From Nitrososphaerota archaeon (GTDB taxonomy: Archaea; Thermoproteota; Nitrososphaeria; PSMU01), in the NCBI GenBank assembly GCA_040290255.1, contig PSMU01000001.1:30958-94957 (forward strand): a DNA stretch of 64,000 bases. Direction: 5' to 3'. Shown here one piece after another: positions 43,590-50,261 of this stretch. The notes beneath the pieces are model-generated. The model saw only the letters and a program-made list of their open reading frames with translations, did not search any database and was not told where the DNA came from. A program made the position numbers and the translations under genes. The number at the start of each line of letters is the position of its first letter. Position 1 is the stretch's first letter.

Positions 43590-44561
43590 ATGAACGAGGA
43601 AGAAATCATAAGGCTCTTTATAAAAAAGTTAGGAAGAGTTAGAAGGGGCTACCTGCCCCTAGGAGATGATGTGGCCGCATATTTCTTGAAAGGCCTAGGA
43701 AAGTGGTTAGTGGCCAAGGCGGACATGCTGGTCGCGTCCACCGATATTCCCCCCGGCATGAGCCTTGTCCAGGCAGGCAGGAAGGCGTTGGCAATGTCGG
43801 TCAGCGACTTCGCGGCCAAGGGCGTAAAGCCCCTTTTTGCGCTCGTTTCCATGGGGCTCCCCAAGGAGCTCGCCTCGCGGGCCCATGTTAAGCGGCTCGC
43901 CGATGGTATCTCTCTTGCCGCAAGGGAATTTGGCTTCAAGATAGCGGGGGGCGATACAAACGAGGCTAAGGAGCTGGTGCTCGACGCCTGCCTGGTGGGT
44001 CTCGCAGCCAAGATCGTGCCCAGGAGCACGGCGCAGGTCGGGGATCTGGTGGCCGTGACGGGGCCCTTCGGCTATAGCGCTGCAGGGTTAGAGATTCTAT
44101 TAGGCGGCATTAAACCGATAAGCCCCGAGGAAAGGCTTGCTGTCTCCAAGGTCATGAAGCCAGAACCGCCGCTAAAGCTCGGGCTGGCCTTGGCCGAGCA
44201 GGGCATAGTAACCAGTTCTATCGACTCGAGCGATGGGCTGGCGCTCTCCCTTCATCACCTGGCAGAGGCTAGCCATAAGCGCATTAACCTTCATGGTTTA
44301 CCGACGGATGAGGGGGTCAGGAGGCTGGCCGCACGCTTAAACAGAACGGTGGAGGAGTTGGCGTTGTATGGAGGCGAAGAGCTTGAGATCGTCTATACGT
44401 TGCCCATCAGCAAGCTGAAGGCAGGACGAAGGCTTGCCCGTCGCTTCGGCAAGGACCTTCTGGTGGTTGGAAGAGTTACCGAGGGAAGCGGGGTGGCTTT
44501 TAACGGGAGCGAAGTGGAGCGAAGAGGCTGGCTACACTTCAGGCGAGCATCAAGGCCTTGA
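43590..44561 (+). CDS. thiL: Thiamine-monophosphate kinase ThiL
   Basis: AIR-synthase-like fold. PLGDDVAAY, VAKADMLVASTD, AMSVSDFAAKG, GGDTN, SIDSSDGL. Confidence 0.85.
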   Translation: MNEEEIIRLFIKKLGRVRRGYLPLGDDVAAYFLKGLGKWLVAKADMLVASTDIPPGMSLVQAGRKALAMSVSDFAAKGVKPLFALVSMGLPKELASRAHVKRLADGISLAAREFGFKIAGGDTNEAKELVLDACLVGLAAKIVPRSTAQVGDLVAVTGPFGYSAAGLEILLGGIKPISPEERLAVSKVMKPEPPLKLGLALAEQGIVTSSIDSSDGLALSLHHLAEASHKRINLHGLPTDEGVRRLAARLNRTVEELALYGGEELEIVYTLPISKLKAGRRLARRFGKDLLVVGRVTEGSGVAFNGSEVERRGWLHFRRASRP

Positions 44562-45915
44562 GCTCCTCTTCGACGAGGCCCAATAATCTTCGCAGTCCCT
44601 CTTCGCTTTTGGCTTCAGCCCTCAGTTTTATCTGAGGCAGTGTGTTCGAGGCCCGCACTAGGGCCCAGCCTTCATCGTCGATGACCTTGACCCCATCTAG
44701 TCGAACAATTGTATAGCCCTCGCTCTCTAACTTTGCAGCCAGTCTATCCACGACTAGGAACTTCCTCTCATCAGGGCAGTCATACGTTATCACGGGCGTC
44801 GAGGGGTAGCGAGGTATATCCTCAAGTAGCCCAGATAACGGCGAACCTGTCACTACCTGAGCCATCTTCATTGTGGCGAATATTGCGTCGTCGATGCCAT
44901 TTAATTCGCTAAAATAGAAGTGGCCTGCGATCTCCCCGCCTATGAGCGCCCGCTCCCTTACCATGGCGTTCAATAGATAGGCGTGGCCAACCCGGCTTAA
45001 CAGCAGCTCGCCCCCATATTTCTTAACGACATCTTCGACGGCCATTGAACAGGCAACGTCGGCGATAACCTTCCCCCCACGATGTCTCTGGAGGTAGTGC
45101 TTTGCGAAGAGGGCCAACGTTATATCGCCCGGCAGTATCCGCCCCTTATCGTCTACAAAAACCGCCCTATCCCCATCACCGTCGTAGGCAACGCCGAAGT
45201 TATGTCCTCGCTCCCTTACCAGCCGTGCCAAGGGCTGCAGGTTATCGTCCTTCGGCTCCGGTCCTCGTGACGGAAAGCTTCCATCGGGCTCCCCGTTGAG
45301 CACCGTCACCTTCAATCCAGCTTCCCTGAGTAAGGGCTCGGCATAGAGGGCACAGGACCCGTTCCCCACATCCACCGCAACTTCTCCCACGAGCGACTCG
45401 TTAAGCGCGTGCAGGAGTAATGATTCTACTTCGCTCACTAAGCCTTTCCCGTCATACACCTTGCCCTCTTTATTGCCTCGGGATATGCCCTTAAGGTAAA
45501 GCTCCTTGACCTCCTCTAGCCCAAGGCCTTCAGCCACAAGGAGTCCTCCTTTTCTGAAGAGCTTGAGGCCATTCCATTCGGGCGGATTGTGGCTTGCCGT
45601 GACGACCACTCCGCCGGCGACATCGGCCTTAAGGGTAGCTAAATAAGCGAAGGGAGTGGGGACCAGCCCCAGGTCTATTACATCGCTTCCGGCTGCGGTG
45701 AGCCCTCTGAGCAGGGCCCGCTTAAGCGAATGGCTGCTGAGCCTTACGTCATGGGCGACCACCAAAGGAGCGAATTGAAGAAATGCGGAAAACGCCATTC
45801 CGACTCGCTCTGCTATTCGCTCCGTCAGGGTCTTACCATAGATTCCGCGTATGTCGTAGGCCCTAAAGGCCGATAGGTCCCCCTCCACCCTACCCGATTT
45901 CCTTTGCCCCAACAT
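44539..45915 (-). CDS. Phosphoglucomutase/phosphomannomutase family protein
   Basis: Active-site loop VVTASHNPPEWNGLK. Mg loop FGVAYDGDGDRAVF. GGEIAGHF. Start trimmed to ATG 45915, because the TTG-extended ORF (to 45963) would overlap tRNA-Leu. Confidence 0.9.
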   Translation of the reverse strand: MLGQRKSGRVEGDLSAFRAYDIRGIYGKTLTERIAERVGMAFSAFLQFAPLVVAHDVRLSSHSLKRALLRGLTAAGSDVIDLGLVPTPFAYLATLKADVAGGVVVTASHNPPEWNGLKLFRKGGLLVAEGLGLEEVKELYLKGISRGNKEGKVYDGKGLVSEVESLLLHALNESLVGEVAVDVGNGSCALYAEPLLREAGLKVTVLNGEPDGSFPSRGPEPKDDNLQPLARLVRERGHNFGVAYDGDGDRAVFVDDKGRILPGDITLALFAKHYLQRHRGGKVIADVACSMAVEDVVKKYGGELLLSRVGHAYLLNAMVRERALIGGEIAGHFYFSELNGIDDAIFATMKMAQVVTGSPLSGLLEDIPRYPSTPVITYDCPDERKFLVVDRLAAKLESEGYTIVRLDGVKVIDDEGWALVRASNTLPQIKLRAEAKSEEGLRRLLGLVEEELKALMLA

Positions 45916-45949
45916 AAAATTTTTAGCCGCCAACACGGCCTCAGTGCTC

Positions 45950-46050
45950 GCGGGGGTAGCCAAGCCAGGTCAACGGCGCGGGACTGAGGTGCGCTAGCGC
46001 GGAGCTCCCGTCCCATTAGGGGTTCGTGGGTTCAAATCCCACCCCCCGCA
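45950..46050 (+). tRNA. tRNA-Leu (GAG), class II, with a 15-nt intron at 37/38 (45990..46004)
   Basis: Hand fold. Acceptor GCGGGGG/CCCCCGC plus A. D arm GCC..GGC with loop AAGCCAGGTCAAC. Anticodon stem CGGGA/TCCCG. Loop CTGAGG|tgcgctagcgcggag|C. Long variable arm TCCCATTAGGGGTTC. T arm GTGGG-TTCAAAT-CCCAC. Confidence 0.85.
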
Positions 46051-46172
46051 TCCCAGCTGCCAGAGAGATGTATATAGGACGACCCTATCCTCCGCCTTCT
46101 CGCCAGAGATGCGCTAGGGGCCCTGTGCGCATTAAAATTATAACGTTAAACCGCTCCTGTTCGGAGATCGGG

Positions 46173-47426
46173 TTGGCGCTAAAGCCAAGGACCACCGTCA
46201 TAGGAAGTTATCCGGTCTTTCCTACACCTGATGAGGTGGACTTTTATAGGCAGTGGGGCACATTTGATGAGGACCTTCGAGATCCCTACCTCTTGACCGT
46301 CCAGGCGGCGCTTGATGATTTTATCAGCGCCGGCATAGAAGTGCCGTCCACGGGGCAAACGAGGGAGCACTTCGTTAAGCTCTTCCTAGACCCCTCCTAT
46401 GTTGAGGGCGTATCGATAGAGGGGGCTGATATCCTAGTCACGGGAAAGATTGCGCGCAAAAGGCCGATAAGGCTCGAGGACGTCAGGTTTGCCAAATCCT
46501 TGCTGCCCCCATATTATCAGTTTAAGGAGCCTATCACGGGCCCCTATACGTTAGCACGAAGCTGTCGGCTCAGCACGGGCGAATATAGCGACATACGCCA
46601 GCTATCCTTTGAGCTCGCGAAACGTATCTGCGTTCCAGAGGCACTGGAGCTACAGCCCTATGTGGACTACGTCCAATTCGATGAGCCCTTCCTCTCCATA
46701 GACCCATGGCGGGACTATATCGTGGACCTCTACCAAGAAGTAGCCAGCGCGATTACCAAGCCTATCGTCCTGCACGTCTGCGGCGACTCCCTTTTGGTCT
46801 TCAAGAATCTGGTAAGGTTGCCCGTTCAAGCGCTCAGCCTAGATTTTACCTATAATCCCATGCTCCTAGAGGAGGTGGCGAGGAGGAATTACGATCAGCT
46901 GATAGGCTTCGGATGCGTTAACACAGGCACCCCTATTGTGGAGGATATTTCTTCCATAGAAAGGCTGATCCTTATGGGCGTTAAAAAGTTAGGAGAGGAT
47001 AGGATCTTATTCATACACCCAGGCTGTGGCGAAAGGGCCTTACCCTTAAACTCAGCTTATCAGAAGAATGTAAATATGGTCATCGCCAGGAATAGAGTCT
47101 TTTATGGTGAGCCCCTAGCGGCTCATGCCCAGCCCCTCAGAAGAGAGGAGTATGACCCCAGGGGCTATTTCCTTATAGAAGTGGATCACGGGAACAAGCA
47201 GATCCTGCTTTTCCTTTATTCGTATGACCATAGAATCCTTCATGGCCTTGCTTCCTCAAGCGCCGAGAAGTTGCTTTATAGCGCTCTGGAGCTGGGCCTA
47301 ATAGGTGAGGGCAAGACCGCACTGAGACACTTGGCGTATTTGGGCTATGAGCTTGGAAAGGCGGAAAGCGCCTTGTTGAATGGCGTACCCTATAGACAGG
47401 GGCAGCTGCTTCGGATTCAGCGTTGA
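46173..47426 (+). CDS. Core-MetE-like (cobalamin-independent methionine synthase catalytic-domain-only) methyltransferase with a C-terminal DUF4346-like domain
   Basis: ORF 46026..47426, trimmed to TTG 46173 (the longer form overlaps tRNA-Leu; the TATA-like box ttaaaattataa lies about 30 bp upstream). TTVIGSYP. Zn ligand motifs LHVCGD and IHPGCGE. The tail from 47151 reads YDPRGYFLIEVD...RHLAYLGYELGKAESALLNGVPYRQ. Confidence 0.7.
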   Translation: MALKPRTTVIGSYPVFPTPDEVDFYRQWGTFDEDLRDPYLLTVQAALDDFISAGIEVPSTGQTREHFVKLFLDPSYVEGVSIEGADILVTGKIARKRPIRLEDVRFAKSLLPPYYQFKEPITGPYTLARSCRLSTGEYSDIRQLSFELAKRICVPEALELQPYVDYVQFDEPFLSIDPWRDYIVDLYQEVASAITKPIVLHVCGDSLLVFKNLVRLPVQALSLDFTYNPMLLEEVARRNYDQLIGFGCVNTGTPIVEDISSIERLILMGVKKLGEDRILFIHPGCGERALPLNSAYQKNVNMVIARNRVFYGEPLAAHAQPLRREEYDPRGYFLIEVDHGNKQILLFLYSYDHRILHGLASSSAEKLLYSALELGLIGEGKTALRHLAYLGYELGKAESALLNGVPYRQGQLLRIQR

Positions 47427-48304
47427 AGATCAGCGAGCTCATTAGGGCGTATGGTCTGGTCAGAATAGTGGAGGTCACGCCTCCAAGGTATCAGATCAAC
47501 TTCAGCGTCACTGTGAGGCAGTTGCGGCTCAGGATGTACAGCTGGCTTGAGATGGTTAGGAGGATGAGCTTATACTGTGATGCTATTGCCATAGCGGACC
47601 TCAAGGAAACCGAGGCATGCCACGTGCCTCCCGCGCTCCTCGCCAGGGAGCTGAAGCGAGAAGGCGGCATAGAGCCGATGCCGTCAATAGCCCTGAGAGA
47701 TTATTCGAAGGGTGCCCTTCTCAACGTGGTTGTAGGATGTCTTAATGTGGATATAAGGAACTTGCTTGTGGTTCGAGGTGATCCCCATAAGAAGGGGGAG
47801 GGGCTGGAGGGAGACCTCTTCGGCTTCAAGAGGGTAGCGGATGCCCTAAGGGAGATAAGGAGGCTAGTGGGCGAGGGCGACCAGGCGCCCCTTTGCTTGG
47901 CTACGGCGTTAGACCACAGAATGTCGCAGGAGGAGGAATATGTCGAGGTATTAAGGCAAAGGGAGAAGCTCGTGGATTTCTATGTGGCTCAGCCTTTTTT
48001 CATGCCACCCGAGCGCTATCTAGAGCTGATAGATGACCTTAAATCGAAGGGGATAAGGAAGCCAATTTTACACTCGATCTTTCCTCTGCTAAGCCAAGAA
48101 GATATAGAAGTGGTTACCAAAAGGTTCGGCTGGACCATTTCGGAGGAAGAGAGGAAAAAGGTGAGTGAGGGGCCAGGGGCCGGCATAGAGCTGGCGGCCA
48201 TGAAGTTTGATTATCTGCTGAAGAACAAAGGGCGCGTGGCGGGGGTCTATGTGAGTTCTAGGAACAGGCCAGAGCTGATCAGGCTGGTCATGTCGGCCCG
48301 TTAA
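47423..48304 (+). CDS. Methylenetetrahydrofolate reductase (MetF)-like protein
   Basis: The TTG start overlaps the upstream stop (gTTGAag). TIM-barrel MTHFR-like pattern: VEVTPP...IADL...LLVVRGDP...FYVAQPFF. Confidence 0.6.
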   Translation: MKISELIRAYGLVRIVEVTPPRYQINFSVTVRQLRLRMYSWLEMVRRMSLYCDAIAIADLKETEACHVPPALLARELKREGGIEPMPSIALRDYSKGALLNVVVGCLNVDIRNLLVVRGDPHKKGEGLEGDLFGFKRVADALREIRRLVGEGDQAPLCLATALDHRMSQEEEYVEVLRQREKLVDFYVAQPFFMPPERYLELIDDLKSKGIRKPILHSIFPLLSQEDIEVVTKRFGWTISEEERKKVSEGPGAGIELAAMKFDYLLKNKGRVAGVYVSSRNRPELIRLVMSAR

Positions 48305-48813
48305 GCTAACTGGCCCTTCATGGCCTCGAACTCTTTCAGCTTGTCATCATACCCACCCTTCTGGAGCAAGGCGAGCACTTCCTTAGGATCCTTACCATCC
48401 ACCTTTATTCCCATGCTTATGCATGTGCCCAATACCTCCTTCACCGCCGCCTTCAGACTACTCGAATAAGAACTCTGCATCTTCAACGCCGCGACCTCGA
48501 GTATCTTATCGAAGCCAAGGTCGGCCACATACTCGGACCTAGCCTTGCCGCTGCCCTTCTCTAGGCCCGCCGCCCTGAGCAGCAACGCTGCCGTGCTTGG
48601 AATTCCTACTTGCACTTCGAACTCCTTCGATTCTATATCGACAGTAACCGTGACGGGGACCTTCATTCCCTTGAACCCGGCCGTAAGTTCATTTAGCTTG
48701 TTAACCACGGCCAACAGGTTGACGCCCAGGGGGGCGAGCGTAGTCGCTAATGGGGGTGCGGCGCTCACCTGGCCCCCATCTACGGTAAAGTTGAAGCTCT
48801 TGCGCTCTCCCAT
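48301..48813 (-). CDS. rpl11: Ribosomal protein uL11 (isolated gene)
   Basis: GGQVSAAPPLATTLAPLGVNLLAVVNKLNE...VTVTVDIESKEFEVQVGIPSTAALL. No uL1, uL10 or P1 gene lies downstream. TATA-like box ttttttaag lies about 28 bp upstream. Confidence 0.92.
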   Translation of the reverse strand: MGERKSFNFTVDGGQVSAAPPLATTLAPLGVNLLAVVNKLNELTAGFKGMKVPVTVTVDIESKEFEVQVGIPSTAALLLRAAGLEKGSGKARSEYVADLGFDKILEVAALKMQSSYSSSLKAAVKEVLGTCISMGIKVDGKDPKEVLALLQKGGYDDKLKEFEAMKGQLA

Positions 48814-48858
48814 AACGGTCGCTGCCTGAGGGGGCGCTTAAAAAATGTATGGTGGAAG

Positions 48859-48923
48859 GGGCCTTCGGTCCTTTGTAGCGCCCTCATCTATTGCTCGGCG
48901 TGTAGCCGGCTCTTCATCGGCCC
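48859..48923 (-). ncRNA. Candidate C/D-box sRNA with variant boxes (AUGA-N15-CCGA twice) and a terminal stem
   Basis: Minus strand: GGGCC-GAUGAAGA-GCCGGCUACACG-CCGA-GCAAUAG-AUGAGGG-CGCUACAAAGGA-CCGA-A-GGCCC. 5-bp terminal stem GGGCC/GGCCC. 12-nt spacers. TATA-like box ttatatat centred about 25 bp upstream (48944..48952). A T6 run follows (48841..48846). Confidence 0.4.
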
Positions 48924-49005
48924 TATAGGCATATGGTTAAGCTCATATATAACGGGTGAGCCAGCGCAGGTGAAGGTTAATTAAATGCCCGGCCTCCCCA
49001 GCAAA

Positions 49006-49130
49006 GGGGCCGTAGCCCAGCACGGTAGGGCGGCGGGCTCCAGAAGTAAAGAAGTCCCTACCGACGATAAGGATGAGGAGCTTCTGGAGCGGAAACCCGT
49101 AGGTCGTGGGTTCGAGTCCCACCGGCCCCA
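49006..49130 (+). tRNA. tRNA-Trp (CCA) with a 51-nt intron at 37/38 (49044..49094)
   Basis: Hand fold. Acceptor GGGGCCG/CGGCCCC plus A. D arm GCCC..GGGC. Anticodon stem GCGGG/CCCGT. Loop CTCCAG|intron|A. T arm GTGGG-TTCGAGT-CCCAC. TATA-like box ggttaattaaatg lies about 24 bp upstream. The antisense ORF 48943..49131 (..GLEPTT..) is an artefact. Confidence 0.85.
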
Positions 49131-49146
49131 CCCGTTCTTAAGGGCC

Positions 49147-50106
49147 TCAGGCAAGCAGCGACCTCTTATACGCCTTAGCTATCTCTAGCGCCTTGACGGC
49201 CGCCCGCACGGCGTCCTCCGCGAAGATATACATCATGGGCTCTATTCCTACATCCCCCTCATCGACCAAGACGTCGGGTACCGCGCCCTTCTCAGCTACA
49301 GTACGCCTTATCCTTGCCAGTACACGATCCTCGTTCATGGCACCCTTCTCCTGACCCCGAATGGTCCTGAAACAGGAATAGCCCAGCGGAGTGAGCAGGC
49401 CCTCGATGCGTGGCTCATACTTTACGTTAAGGCAGGCCCTCTTGGTGGGGTCCACGGCCAAGGCCGCCAACAGCACGGAAGCCATATGCCGGGAAACACC
49501 GAACTCGGGCTCTCCCCCTACCTTTACCCCGCCCTTAAACCTCGCTATCCTGCCCGGAATGCCTGCAACGTCCTCCAAGCTCTGGGCACCGGCCCTTGCC
49601 ATGACCACATTGGTGAATACCTCAGGTATCAGGCTCGGGAATAGAGGGCTGCTCTCGAGCAAACGAACGGCGCGCTTTAAATTCGTCAGCACTTCATCCT
49701 CTTCTAAGTCAAATCGATGGACAGCGCGGCCCTTGTTGAGGCAAACATCGCAAGTAGCCAGCTGCCTAAACTGAGCGATGTGCTCGTTACATGCTTGTCC
49801 CCTCGATAGAAGTTTGGACCAATAATGGTAGAGGGCAAACGTGGCCTCGACGGGGCTTATCAGAGATAGGTTCGCGAGCAACTTAGCGAGATCATGGGCT
49901 TCTTCCTCGGATAAGCCGAAGCCCGCTAGAAGTCCTAAGGCCTCCTCACCCCTCTTCTTTAGATATCCGTTTACGGCCGCCTGCGTAACGCCCAAGAGTT
50001 CCGCTATCCTCAGCTGGCTTAACCCCTTGTTGCGTAGCTCCTTGGCCACTAAGATCCTCAGGGCCGGCAAGAACCTCTCCGTCATGAGAACACAAGGCGG
50101 GAGCAT
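49147..50106 (-). CDS. HTH + ThiN-domain protein (ThiR-like thiamine regulator or ThiN enzyme fusion)
   Basis: N-terminal HTH LSQLRIAELLGVTQAAVNGYLKK. C-terminal ThiN-like region of about 180 aa (IPEVFTNVVMA...GIPGRI...GVSRHMASVLL...DEGDVGIEPMMYIF). The start may instead be Met8 (50085). Confidence 0.6.
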   Translation of the reverse strand: MLPPCVLMTERFLPALRILVAKELRNKGLSQLRIAELLGVTQAAVNGYLKKRGEEALGLLAGFGLSEEEAHDLAKLLANLSLISPVEATFALYHYWSKLLSRGQACNEHIAQFRQLATCDVCLNKGRAVHRFDLEEDEVLTNLKRAVRLLESSPLFPSLIPEVFTNVVMARAGAQSLEDVAGIPGRIARFKGGVKVGGEPEFGVSRHMASVLLAALAVDPTKRACLNVKYEPRIEGLLTPLGYSCFRTIRGQEKGAMNEDRVLARIRRTVAEKGAVPDVLVDEGDVGIEPMMYIFAEDAVRAAVKALEIAKAYKRSLLA

Positions 50107-50261
50107 GCTATAAGCCTCTTAATTAACAGCTTATTAATCCTTCTCATTTGTGGGAAAATTTGAATGACAACAGGTTGACGGTAAGTTAAGTAGGCTAGGT
50201 CAAACGGGCCGCTAATCTTGATCCAAAATTTTTTAGCTTCGGTTTAGACCCCCTGAACGCT

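Noticed and set aside
45916-45963. N-terminal extension of the PGM/PMM ORF (TTG 45963), and the long form of the MetE-like ORF (GTG 46026).
   Set aside because: Both extensions overlap the tRNA-Leu gene (45950..46050) and add non-conserved residues. Internal starts (ATG 45915, TTG 46173) fit the TATA-box spacing and the family N-termini.
45990-46004. The palindrome GCGCTAGCGC in the tRNA-Leu intron as a regulatory or restriction-type site.
   Set aside because: It is most simply part of the intron secondary structure. It is a single occurrence with no partner sites.
48943-49131. 62-aa ORF on the minus strand (MGPVGLEPTTYGF...).
   Set aside because: It is the reverse translation of the tRNA-Trp gene. 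The GLEPTT peptide is the classic T-arm artefact.
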